64,000 nt of DNA, taken from IMG/VR virus record IMGVR_UViG_3300031951_000008; one strand, 5' to 3'. Source of the stretch: a virus. Taxonomy: Duplodnaviria > Caudoviricetes. The notes beneath the pieces were generated by a model. It saw only the letters and a program-made list of their open reading frames with translations. It was not told the origin of the DNA and did no database searches. Both the position numbers and the translations under genes were made by a program. Below are positions 47,440 to 56,417 of the stretch, one piece after another; the stretch's first letter is position 1; the number at the start of each line of letters is the position of its first letter.

Positions 47440-48136
47440 CGAATCTCTCCATCATAGCACTCACTAACTTGTGTCGTACTATATCTTTTAATGTAAATGT
47501 GAAAGTACCAATGCCTGTTAGGCCTTTGAGATTTTCAAGTATAGACTGAAGACCACTGTCTGGTATGTCTGCTTGTGTTGTATCACCACATATAATTATC
47601 TTACTGCCATTGCCAAAACGGCTAAGATATAGCTTTAATTGCTTGTATGTGCAGTTTTGGGCTTCATCTAATATATGTATACTATCTTCAAAGGTAACGC
47701 CACGCATATAAGCTAATGGTTTTGTGACGATCTCTATGTGCCCCTTACCTATCTTAGTAGCGCAATTATCAATAGGCTCCATGAACGGTGCTACCTTATC
47801 CTTGATTTCTCCAGGCAGCCAACCTAAGTGTTCATGTGCTTCTACTAGAGGCCGAGTTATAACGATCTTTTCATATTGCTTAAGCTTAGATGCTTGTATA
47901 GCATAGGCTGTGGCGATATGCGTCTTCGCTGTACCTGCTGGACCGACTAAAAAAGTTATCAGATTATTTTTAATGGTATCCCAGGCTTTTTGTTGAGCTT
48001 GGTTCTTTGGACGGAATCTTTGATCTACTAGATCTTGCTTTGGTGCTTCTGCCCGCGACTTTGGTGCTTCTGCCCGCGACTTGGAATTGCGTGGTGCTTG
48101 ACTACGTGGTCTTGGTTTAGAATTACGTTTAGACAT
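47390..48136 (-). CDS. phoH: PhoH-like ATPase
   Basis: VGPAGTAKT, ITRPLVE, LGWLPG, PLAYMRGVTF, ILDEAQN, CGDTTQAD, DIVRH. Confidence 0.93.
   Translation of the reverse strand: MSKRNSKPRPRSQAPRNSKSRAEAPKSRAEAPKQDLVDQRFRPKNQAQQKAWDTIKNNLITFLVGPAGTAKTHIATAYAIQASKLKQYEKIVITRPLVEAHEHLGWLPGEIKDKVAPFMEPIDNCATKIGKGHIEIVTKPLAYMRGVTFEDSIHILDEAQNCTYKQLKLYLSRFGNGSKIIICGDTTQADIPDSGLQSILENLKGLTGIGTFTFTLKDIVRHKLVSAMMERFDAADKKNFEQKTQYRQ
48039..48080. repeat. 21-bp perfect tandem duplication in the phoH 5' region
   Basis: TTTGGTGCTTCTGCCCGCGAC x2; encodes KSRAEAP twice. Confidence 0.9.
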
Positions 48137-48226
48137 TTTGGCTACTAGCAAGTCGAGTTTAGTTTATAACTAATTTATATTTTAGATCGTAAATAATTGG
48201 TAGGATTGAGAATTATTCTAGAGGGC

Positions 48227-49147
48227 ATGATGAGCAAAAGAATAACTGTTGTGCTGATGGGCAGCCGAGGCTATATCGGATCACATATTTTGCAAGGGCT
48301 TAAAGCTCGTTCTAGCAGTTATGCAGACATCAAAATTTGTGATAGGGCCGAAGGCTTATCAGAGTTATTGTCTAGTATACCTTTTAATAGTGCCGTACTA
48401 CCGTGTGGCAGCGATAAAGTATATGTAATTAATTGCATTGGATACGTCGGCAAGCCAAATGTAGATGCATGTGAAGACAATAAAGAAGTTTGTTATAATA
48501 CGAATGTCGTTCTTCCCTTAAAATTAGCAGAGATATGTAGGAGGGCTAGTGAGTCTCCGCGATTGAAGGTAGTATATGGACATGTGTCTTCCGGTTGCAT
48601 CTACCAAGGCACTAACAATGGTGCTGGGTTTAAGGAAAGTGATGAGCCCAACTTCACATTTACCACCGGTGGAAGCTATTATAGTGGTTGTAAAGCTGAG
48701 GCTGAAAAACTATTGACACCTTATGCAGAGAAGTATGTTTGGCGAATTAGAATTCCTTTTGATAATGTAGACGGGGACCGAAATTATATAACTAAATTAA
48801 TGAAGTATAGTAAATTGCTAGAAGTCGACAACTCTATATCATTCCTACCAGATGTTGTAGACTCGATATTAGATTGTTGCGGTGAACGGCATATTGAGTA
48901 CGGAACTTATAATTTAACCAATTCAGATAGTGTCAAAGCGAGCCAGATTATAGCGTTGTTAGAAAAGCACAATATGGTAGATGCGAAGAAATACAATTAT
49001 CTATCAGAAGACGATTTTAGGCCATTAGTGCGTGCACCTCGGTCTAGCTGCGTTCTGGACAATAGCAAGGCTATCGAAGCTGGTTTGCCCTTAGGATCTG
49101 CTTTGGCGAGACTCGAATGGAGTATTAAAAATTGGAAAAAATCTTAG
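48227..49147 (+). CDS. NDP-4-keto-6-deoxyglucose 3,5-epimerase/4-reductase (UER/NRS-ER-type SDR)
   Basis: GSRGYIG, NCIGYVGKPNVDACE, SSGCIY, GFKESDEPNF, YYSGCK (YxxxK), WRIRIPF, RNYITKL. Confidence 0.75.
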   Translation: MMSKRITVVLMGSRGYIGSHILQGLKARSSSYADIKICDRAEGLSELLSSIPFNSAVLPCGSDKVYVINCIGYVGKPNVDACEDNKEVCYNTNVVLPLKLAEICRRASESPRLKVVYGHVSSGCIYQGTNNGAGFKESDEPNFTFTTGGSYYSGCKAEAEKLLTPYAEKYVWRIRIPFDNVDGDRNYITKLMKYSKLLEVDNSISFLPDVVDSILDCCGERHIEYGTYNLTNSDSVKASQIIALLEKHNMVDAKKYNYLSEDDFRPLVRAPRSSCVLDNSKAIEAGLPLGSALARLEWSIKNWKKS

Positions 49148-50061
49148 TAACTGGCGGTGCGGGCTTTATAGGCAGTAATTTTGTCAAACTATATCAGAAT
49201 GATTATGATATAGTCGTTGTTGACAATCTCACGTACGCTTCTAATCTGCCTTATCTAAAGCAGTTCAAGCATACGTTTATAAAGGGAGACGTTAGAGACT
49301 ATGAGTTTATTCATGATGTAATATTATGTAATAAGCCTAGTGTAATTGTAAATTATGCTGCTGAAACCCATGTCGATAATTCAATTAGAGACCCTATGTC
49401 GTTTGCACAGACAAATGTGTTTGGTTTATGTAATATAGTAGAGACAATGAGACTACATGATCTCGAAACAAGGTTGATACATATTTCTACCGATGAGGTA
49501 TATGGCTCTACAAGGGATGGCTTGTTTAGTGAGTCTTCTAATATATCGCCTAGTTCTCCGTACTCGGCTACTAAAGCTGCGTCAGACCATATAGCGTTGG
49601 CTTATCATCGCACATACGGTCTGGATATAATCGTTACCAATTGCACAAATAACTACGGACCTAACCAACATAAAGAAAAGCTGATTCCCACTATAATACG
49701 CAATATGCTAGAGTCCAAACCAATTCCGGTTTACGGCGATGGTCAGAACGTCAGAGATTGGATACATGTTGATGATCACAACTACGCAATTAGATTATTA
49801 ATAGATAAAGGTGAAAAAGGACATAGGTATAATATTGGCTGTGACAATCAAGTGTCTAATATAAGACTTGTAGAAAAAGTGTGCGACTATGTACAAGAGG
49901 TAGCAGGTATACAACGGTCTGAAATTAGGTACGTGGAAGACCGTAAGGGTCACGACTTTAGGTATGCGGTCGATAGCAGTAAACTTCGATCATTAGGATG
50001 GATGCCTAGATACAATTTTGATCGAGGCCTTCGAGAAACAGTAGAGTGGTATTGCAGATGA
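49132..50061 (+). CDS. rmlB: dTDP-glucose 4,6-dehydratase
   Basis: ILVTGGAGFIG, DNLTYA, AAETHVDNSI, HISTDEVYG, PSSPYSATKA, NNYGPNQHKEKLIP, GHDFRYA. Confidence 0.95.
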   Translation: MEKILVTGGAGFIGSNFVKLYQNDYDIVVVDNLTYASNLPYLKQFKHTFIKGDVRDYEFIHDVILCNKPSVIVNYAAETHVDNSIRDPMSFAQTNVFGLCNIVETMRLHDLETRLIHISTDEVYGSTRDGLFSESSNISPSSPYSATKAASDHIALAYHRTYGLDIIVTNCTNNYGPNQHKEKLIPTIIRNMLESKPIPVYGDGQNVRDWIHVDDHNYAIRLLIDKGEKGHRYNIGCDNQVSNIRLVEKVCDYVQEVAGIQRSEIRYVEDRKGHDFRYAVDSSKLRSLGWMPRYNFDRGLRETVEWYCR

Positions 50062-50837
50062 CTGTTAAAGGAATCATATTAGCTGGCGGCTCCAGCACAA
50101 GGTTGAGCCCTCTTACTAAAGCTATAAACAAGCAAGCTTTGCCTGTTTATAATAAGCCGATGATATACTACCCGTTGTCTACGTTGATAGATGCCGGGAT
50201 CACAGATATTTTAATAATATCAACCAAGGATGGAGTCGATGTGATATCAAGAATGCTAGGTGATGGAGGTGATTATGCCTTAAAGCTCAGCTACAAGGTG
50301 CAAAACAAGCCAAATGGGATCGCAGAAGCTTTCATTATAGGCGAAGAGCACATAGGAGGCGATGATGTGGCACTGATATTAGGAGATAATATATTCTACG
50401 GTAGCAATATGCCTAGAGTTTTACGCAGTGCTATAACAAAGATGCAGAAGTTTGGTGCCTGTATCTTCGCTTATCCGATGCGAGACCCAAGGAGATATGG
50501 TGTTGTAGAACTTAAAGACGGCATTGCTGTGAGCATCGAAGAGAAACCTGCACATCCCAAGTCTAAATTTGTAATACCTGGTCTATATTTTTATAATAAT
50601 AGAGTCGTAGAGATTGCTAAGACTTTGAAGCCTTCAAGCAGAGGTGAGCTAGAAATTACAGATGTGAGCTTAGCGTATATGTACGACAATGAGTTAGCGG
50701 CTATACAGCTAGATACGGGTTACATGTGGCTAGACATGGGTACATTCGAATCATTGCTCGATGCGAGTAATTTTGTTAAAGCAGTAGAAGAGAGACATGG
50801 AATAGATATAGCCGATATAGCTAGGCTAAAGTATTAA
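50058..50837 (+). CDS. rmlA: Glucose-1-phosphate thymidylyltransferase
   Basis: KGIILAGGSSTRL.PLT...NKQALPVYNKPMIYYPL, QNKPNGIAEAF, LILGDNIF, RYGVV, IEEKP, SSRGELEITD, WLDMGT. Confidence 0.95.
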   Translation: MTVKGIILAGGSSTRLSPLTKAINKQALPVYNKPMIYYPLSTLIDAGITDILIISTKDGVDVISRMLGDGGDYALKLSYKVQNKPNGIAEAFIIGEEHIGGDDVALILGDNIFYGSNMPRVLRSAITKMQKFGACIFAYPMRDPRRYGVVELKDGIAVSIEEKPAHPKSKFVIPGLYFYNNRVVEIAKTLKPSSRGELEITDVSLAYMYDNELAAIQLDTGYMWLDMGTFESLLDASNFVKAVEERHGIDIADIARLKY

Positions 50838-50843
50838 ATTTAT

Positions 50844-51104
50844 ATGAAGAAAGAACGCAGAATAGTAACTACTCCACATGGCGATATAAGAGTGGTTCGA
50901 CATAATACTATCGCCATTACTTTGGTCAGGACACGAAGGTCAATTAGATATCATAATATTAATTATGAAGCAAAAGCAGTAGCTCACATAGAGCATCAAA
51001 AAATTCCTAAGAGTCTACTGGTGGTTAAGTCTAATTGTGCAGGCTGGGGTGATCCAATAGCTACATATGATTTACGCGGTTGCGAGATACATTTGAAAGG
51101 ATAA
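50844..51104 (+). CDS. Hypothetical protein
   Basis: 86-aa ORF filling the gap. Confidence 0.45.
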   Translation: MKKERRIVTTPHGDIRVVRHNTIAITLVRTRRSIRYHNINYEAKAVAHIEHQKIPKSLLVVKSNCAGWGDPIATYDLRGCEIHLKG

Positions 51105-52831
51105 TCTTGAACTATACTTTACAAGACTTGGTCGATAATTTTAAAAGACCCCTTCCAAAAAAACAAGAGTATAAGCAGAGACTTATCAGAGAACTCAAGC
51201 TAATTAAAGACAGAGGGTTCGTTAAAGTCTTCATACAAGTGAAGACGATATTAGATCTAACAATAGATATACCGCATGTTATTAGAGGATCTGCGGGTAG
51301 CTCTTTAGTATGCTACTTGATGGGTATTACCGATATTGACCCTATATTGTACAATATATCATTAGCTAGGTTTATGCATGAAGAAAGAGCAGATAATCCT
51401 GATATAGATATAGATTTCCCATATAATAGAAGAACTGAGGTCTTTAATAGGATTTACAAGCATTTCGGAAAGCATCGCGTGGCAAGGATATCTAATCACT
51501 TATACTATAGGGCTAAGTCGGCAATACGTGAAGCGGTGAGAATGCATGGCTACCGGAAGCAGTATGGTAAACATGATGACTTAGTGGACATATTAGGTGA
51601 GGAGCTAACACTAAAGGTAGTAGACACAGCTAGGGATTTATATAAAACCTTCAGGGGATACTCATTACATTGTGGTGGCATTGTCATTTTTGATGATAAG
51701 ATACCCAATAATCTCATATTAAAAGGCAACCAGATTAGGCTCAATAAGGACGAAGTAGAAGAAGCTGGATTTATAAAGATTGATATACTGTCTAATAGAG
51801 CTTTAGCACAATTAGCGGATCTAGACCTAAAAAAGCTTAACAGTTACCCTGAAGAGGACGAGTTAACAAGCCAGTTATTGTCAACAGGCAACAATATGGG
51901 AATCACTATTGCTGAGTCACCAGCAATGCGTAAAATATTCACTTCGATGAAGCCAAAGAATCGCAGTGATGTGGCGTTTGCCCTAGCTTTATTGAGGCCA
52001 GCAGCGGCAGCAGATGGGAACAAGGATAAGATATTAAACGGCCATGACCCGGTTTTGGTGTTCGATGATGATGCTATAGATAGATTTAGAGACATGATAG
52101 GGTGCACAGAAGCCGAGGCCGATAACTACAGAAGAGCATTTGCTAAGAATAAACAAGACAAGATAGAAGAGCTTATGTCTAGGCTCGAAAACGATGAAGA
52201 TAGGAAGCTTGTAGCCGACAATTTTAAGCGTTTAAGTTTATATTCTTTCTGTAAATCACATGCCATATCTTACGGGCAGTTGGTTTGGGCTTTAGCTTAT
52301 CAAAAGGCCAGAAGACCAAAAGATTTTTGGCTGACCGCTCTTAATCATTGCGAATCAATGTATCACAAATGGGTGTTTTTCAGACACGCTGTCGCCGCTG
52401 GGCTTAATATTACTTTAGGCAAAGCACCATGGCGTTTAGAAAATAGCACGATCATTTGTGATGACACTGAATACTCAGAAGGATACAGAGAGGACTTTTA
52501 CAAATTTGGTTATTGGATTACACCTGAATTTATACCAAACTGCTATTATATAGAAGAGGTAGTTGGTGATAAGGTTTATGTTAAGTTCAGGGGTTTAATA
52601 GCCACGTATAGGAAATATACAGGCGAAAGGCAGAAAAAAGATGGTGGCAGTGCGCAGTATAAGGTAATGTTTGTCACATTAGGATACGACAATGATAAGA
52701 TGCTTGATATAGTTATCCACGGTAGGCCTGCCATCGGTAAGTATCATATCATAGAAGGAGAAGGCATTAAAAAGTCTTGGTGCAATTCATCACATATACA
52801 GGTGGTCAGATATAAGATGTCTAAGGTATAG
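51080..52831 (+). CDS. dnaE: Minimal C-family DNA polymerase (DnaE-like, no PHP domain); start may be the TTG at 51107
   Basis: RGSAGSSLVCY, ITDIDP, RF...PDIDIDF, HCGGIV, KIDIL, ALLRP, YSFCKSHAISY; C-terminal OB-like segment. Confidence 0.85.
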   Translation: MRDTFERIILNYTLQDLVDNFKRPLPKKQEYKQRLIRELKLIKDRGFVKVFIQVKTILDLTIDIPHVIRGSAGSSLVCYLMGITDIDPILYNISLARFMHEERADNPDIDIDFPYNRRTEVFNRIYKHFGKHRVARISNHLYYRAKSAIREAVRMHGYRKQYGKHDDLVDILGEELTLKVVDTARDLYKTFRGYSLHCGGIVIFDDKIPNNLILKGNQIRLNKDEVEEAGFIKIDILSNRALAQLADLDLKKLNSYPEEDELTSQLLSTGNNMGITIAESPAMRKIFTSMKPKNRSDVAFALALLRPAAAADGNKDKILNGHDPVLVFDDDAIDRFRDMIGCTEAEADNYRRAFAKNKQDKIEELMSRLENDEDRKLVADNFKRLSLYSFCKSHAISYGQLVWALAYQKARRPKDFWLTALNHCESMYHKWVFFRHAVAAGLNITLGKAPWRLENSTIICDDTEYSEGYREDFYKFGYWITPEFIPNCYYIEEVVGDKVYVKFRGLIATYRKYTGERQKKDGGSAQYKVMFVTLGYDNDKMLDIVIHGRPAIGKYHIIEGEGIKKSWCNSSHIQVVRYKMSKV

Positions 52832-52900
52832 AATTTACGTCAAAACTATTATGGTTAAATGTTTTGGTTTACTCTAGATCTCACAAAATGGAGCTATGCT

Positions 52901-53284
52901 ATGAAGAGATTTATGTTAGCAGCAGTTGCGGTATTCGTTATGGCCCACCAAGCCAGTGCTACAAACCAACAATTTGTGCAAGTACCACAGAAAGTTGTTG
53001 TACAGAATGCACCGGTTGTGCAGAGACAAGTTGTGCGACAAAGAACAGTTCCCGTTGTACAGCGTCAGGTAGTACGGCAGGTAACACCCGTTGTGCAGCA
53101 AAAGGTGGTACAACAACGTGTAGTACAACAATTAGTGCCTGTTCAACAGGTACAACAGGTACAACAAGTTCAGCAAGTTCAACATGTGGCTGCACCAGTT
53201 ATTCAGGCTGTACCAGTTTACCAAGCAGTTCCAATGCAATTGCAATTTCAGCTGGTTCCGCAAGCAGTAAGTGGCTGCAATTAA
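52901..53284 (+). CDS. Secreted Gln/Val-rich low-complexity protein
   Basis: Signal peptide MKRFMLAAVAVFVMAHQASA; VQQ/VVQ repeats; GGAG RBS. Confidence 0.7.
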   Translation: MKRFMLAAVAVFVMAHQASATNQQFVQVPQKVVVQNAPVVQRQVVRQRTVPVVQRQVVRQVTPVVQQKVVQQRVVQQLVPVQQVQQVQQVQQVQHVAAPVIQAVPVYQAVPMQLQFQLVPQAVSGCN

Positions 53285-53308
53285 AAAGTAATTGTTGCTA
53301 TAATATAT

Positions 53309-53338
53309 AAGGGTGGCGGGAATTATCCCGCCACTCTT
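53309..53338 (+). terminator. Terminator-like hairpin
   Basis: AAGGGTGGCGGGA-ATTA-TCCCGCCACTCTT. Confidence 0.75.
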
Positions 53339-53356
53339 GTAGTAGAATTTAAAGCA

Positions 53357-54277
53357 GTGAGTGAAGCTATGCTGGGATCATTAAACAGAAAGTCTTGCCT
53401 TGAAGAGGCTTTAGATGCGGTTTTCAATGGTCCAATAAGTGAGTGTACTTCAGTCGGAATCTCAATAAAGAATAAGCTACTATTAGCTAAGAACAGAGAC
53501 AGGACTTATAATCCTACGATTAAGATTGTAAGAGAAATAATTGACGGCACTGAAGTAATATATATGTATGATATAGATACTGATTACTCTGAGGGCATGA
53601 ACGAGCACGGAATAGGCATCGTCAACACAACCCTACAAGGAAAGGAAGACGAGAAAGAGTTAAAGATCACGACAAAGCACAAAAAACTTAGTGCAGATGG
53701 GCACAAAATAAGGAAAGCGTTGAGTCTAAAGAGTGTAGACAAGATAGTTGATGTGCTTGATCTGTATAAGAGAGGACTCGGAGGGCATACGACGGTTGCA
53801 CATAATGGAGGATATACGTGCATTGAGAAGATTAAGATGGGCAAGCCTAAAATAAGTGAGTTTACGAAAAAAGATGTAATAGTAAGAACTAATCACGGTT
53901 TAGCTTATCCAGATCAAGGATATCAGCATGGCGAAGATAGAGATTCGTCTATCTCTAGAGCGTTTTATGCTACTAAAGAAGCTAAGAATGCGAAAGATCC
54001 AGATGATCTACTATCAAGGATGAGGACGCACCATGGCATAGCTGGATATCTAGAACCTTATCGAACTAATTACAAGGTCTGGACTTCTTCACAGATAATG
54101 CTAAATCTGACCGATTTAGAAATGACATTTGTAGTTGACGAGAATACTAAATTTTTGGGTATAGAAAACAGATTGCCGATAGGATATAAGCCAAAATTAA
54201 AGCTTAAATTGCATAAGCTGGACACTGAATATAAAGTCTCTAGCATTGATGAAGTAGAAGCTATACCACATGTTTAG
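53357..54277 (+). CDS. N-terminal nucleophile (Ntn) hydrolase with propeptide
   Basis: C30-TSVG...LAKNRD, SEGMNEHGIGIVN, VRTNHG; Cys-nucleophile family pattern. Confidence 0.75.
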   Translation: MSEAMLGSLNRKSCLEEALDAVFNGPISECTSVGISIKNKLLLAKNRDRTYNPTIKIVREIIDGTEVIYMYDIDTDYSEGMNEHGIGIVNTTLQGKEDEKELKITTKHKKLSADGHKIRKALSLKSVDKIVDVLDLYKRGLGGHTTVAHNGGYTCIEKIKMGKPKISEFTKKDVIVRTNHGLAYPDQGYQHGEDRDSSISRAFYATKEAKNAKDPDDLLSRMRTHHGIAGYLEPYRTNYKVWTSSQIMLNLTDLEMTFVVDENTKFLGIENRLPIGYKPKLKLKLHKLDTEYKVSSIDEVEAIPHV

Positions 54278-54516
54278 GTTAGGCCTTGACTTATCTTCTT
54301 GATTTTATCTGCGTGAAGCTTGGTACAGCTTGTGACTCTTACAAACCAGCCTTGCTTGGTAAGTACATGGTCATTAGCGTCCTGCTCGGCTTCTTCAGTT
54401 GCTTGCGATTTTTTGTTCGCTCTGTAAGTAACAGCGGTTGTGATCATTCCATCTTGAACATCAATATTCATCCTACGGTTATGGAAATATATTACTTCAA
54501 AGTGCCAATCGTGCAT
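54274..54516 (-). CDS. Hypothetical protein
   Basis: 80-aa ORF filling the gap. Confidence 0.45.
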   Translation of the reverse strand: MHDWHFEVIYFHNRRMNIDVQDGMITTAVTYRANKKSQATEEAEQDANDHVLTKQGWFVRVTSCTKLHADKIKKISQGLT

Positions 54517-54598
54517 TTAGTCGCCTTTATTTGTACGTGTGTACAAATTATTTTTGGAATTGTTGTTGATTAACACAAGTAGTATTACAGGAGCAAAA

Positions 54599-54802
54599 AT
54601 GGCTAGGCTGGATTATAATGAGCTACCTACTGAAATAAAGGCAGCGTATACTAGTAAGGAGGTGCACAAAATAGTCAAGCCTTGCCAGACGAGCATTGCT
54701 GTCCATTTAAAGACGCACGATAAGCATATCTGGCAAAAATCCGGTAAGGCTTGGCACAAACAAGCATTGGAGACACAGCAAGAAGATGTTCGTGATATAT
54801 AA
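54599..54802 (+). CDS. Hypothetical protein
   Basis: AGGAG RBS before MARLDY. Confidence 0.5.
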   Translation: MARLDYNELPTEIKAAYTSKEVHKIVKPCQTSIAVHLKTHDKHIWQKSGKAWHKQALETQQEDVRDI

Positions 54803-54968
54803 TCGTATAACCGGCCTGTATTTTAAGAACTACGAATGGGTTGACAAGTCTCAGTTTGCTGAGCAGTTGACTTATCCCCGCGCGTCAGAGATATTGGATT
54901 CTTTGATACTGCAAGTAAGCAAGGGTTGGATCAAGGGCGATTACGTTATACAAGAATATGAAAAATAA
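54786..54968 (+). CDS. Hypothetical protein
   Basis: 60-aa coupled ORF. Confidence 0.45.
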   Translation: MFVIYNRITGLYFKNYEWVDKSQFAEQLTYPRASEILDSLILQVSKGWIKGDYVIQEYEK

Positions 54969-55347
54969 CAATAAGAAGGTTTATTCGACTGCTGATCTTT
55001 TGAATTATCTCTGCAGATATCTAAAGCAGATAACGACTAAAGACGGCGAAGTGATAATGTTATCATCGCTAAATTTACCACTTGCTGTAGAGTTTCATAT
55101 GTTGAGCCAAAAGACAAAGCTACTGGCTTTTCTTGAGATGCTTAATGTGAGAGAATTTTACAAGGCTGGAGAAGAGCCTCCAGATTATAGAGCTTTCACC
55201 GCAAGCTGCTGGCTAAACACTCTATGCCGGTATACGAAGGCTAATGAGCAAAGCCTGCAGTCGTTGAGAGGTATACTAGAGTCAACTCAACTTGACTTGG
55301 ATACAGTTGGTTGGAGTCCGGAAGATATATTATTCGATGTAACATAA
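54958..55347 (+). CDS. Hypothetical protein
   Basis: 129-aa coupled ORF. Confidence 0.5.
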   Translation: MKNNNKKVYSTADLLNYLCRYLKQITTKDGEVIMLSSLNLPLAVEFHMLSQKTKLLAFLEMLNVREFYKAGEEPPDYRAFTASCWLNTLCRYTKANEQSLQSLRGILESTQLDLDTVGWSPEDILFDVT

Positions 55348-55399
55348 TGCGATCAGATAATAACATACACGTTTACTTGTTATAGAGCGAATATAAAGT

Positions 55400-55816
55400 A
55401 TGAAAGACGCGAATTTGGAATATATAGATCTCGATCAAGGATATGACGAGAGCCCAAAGGTTTACAAGATCACCTATAAGGTATACGGCATTAATTCTGC
55501 TAATGTTGAATTTATCATCTTACATGAAAAGAATGCTCATGTCGTAGGAGTAGACGTAGCAGATATTAAAGAAGAACTTAAGAAAGAGCATATAAATAGT
55601 GAATTTAATTATTATATTGATAACGAGCTTTATCATGCGATAGGCACAAAACTAGTGGTTTTGAGCGTAGTGTTGTTAGGCCAGCTAGTTGGTGTTACCG
55701 ATAAGTGTCTGGAGATAATCAATAATGAAGTAGACCCTAGTGATTATGACCCAGACGACGACTCTGCAAACGGGACAGATGGTGATGGCATTGAGTCATC
55801 CGACAAGAGTAATTAA
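55400..55816 (+). CDS. Hypothetical protein
   Basis: 138 aa with an acidic tail. Confidence 0.5.
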   Translation: MKDANLEYIDLDQGYDESPKVYKITYKVYGINSANVEFIILHEKNAHVVGVDVADIKEELKKEHINSEFNYYIDNELYHAIGTKLVVLSVVLLGQLVGVTDKCLEIINNEVDPSDYDPDDDSANGTDGDGIESSDKSN

Positions 55817-55887
55817 TGTGGGAATGCCCTCCCTTAACTTGCTAAGCTGATACGGGCATTTATCAGCCAAATGATGAGGATTTAGGC

Positions 55888-56352
55888 ATGAAGAATTTAG
55901 TAATGGCCGCATTAGTGTTGGCCGCTTCGGCAGCTCAGTTGCTTGCTGGAGAAAGTGTTTGTTGCGAGACACAGCGTTGCACACCAGTACGCAGTTTACT
56001 GTCTGCTAGCGTTGAATTAGCAGCAAAAGCAGTGGCGGTACCGTTGAAGGTAGCGGCGGCTCCAGTCAAGGCGTTGCATAATTGCTGCGAGAAGACTGCT
56101 TGCCATCCTGCTCCTGTAGCTTGCCCACCTGCTCCTGTAGCTTGCCAACCTGCTCCTGTAGCTTGCCCACCTGCTCCTGTAGCTTGCGAGAGTGCATATG
56201 CAAAGGAGCGATGTGCACCAGTGAAGAAGCTGCTGAAGCACGCTAAAGCTAAGTGTGAAGCAAGAAAATCTCAACGGGCAGTGCAGTGTACTTGCATTCC
56301 ATTGTGTGAGCCAGTTGTCGTAGAGCAAGTCAAAAAGCCCTGCGGCTGTTAA
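55888..56352 (+). CDS. Secreted Cys-rich repeat protein (planctomycete-type)
   Basis: Signal peptide MKNLVMAALVLAASAAQLLA; CC motifs; PAPVAC repeats; C-terminal KKPCGC. Confidence 0.7.
   Translation: MKNLVMAALVLAASAAQLLAGESVCCETQRCTPVRSLLSASVELAAKAVAVPLKVAAAPVKALHNCCEKTACHPAPVACPPAPVACQPAPVACPPAPVACESAYAKERCAPVKKLLKHAKAKCEARKSQRAVQCTCIPLCEPVVVEQVKKPCGC
56107..56190 (+). repeat. Four 21-bp tandem repeats
   Basis: CCTGCTCCTGTAGCTTGC + CCA/CAA/CCA/GAG; encodes PAPVAC-x. Confidence 0.95.
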
Positions 56353-56417
56353 AAACACGTCGGTGCTCCAGGCTTGTTGGGCAGCGAATTAAAAACTCAA
56401 CAAGTCATACCACGCGT

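Noticed and set aside
56107-56190. Tandem repeats here and at 48039-48080 as a possible CRISPR array
   Set aside because: No spacers, and the units are in-frame multiples of 3 within coding genes. No CRISPR array or cas gene was seen in the window.
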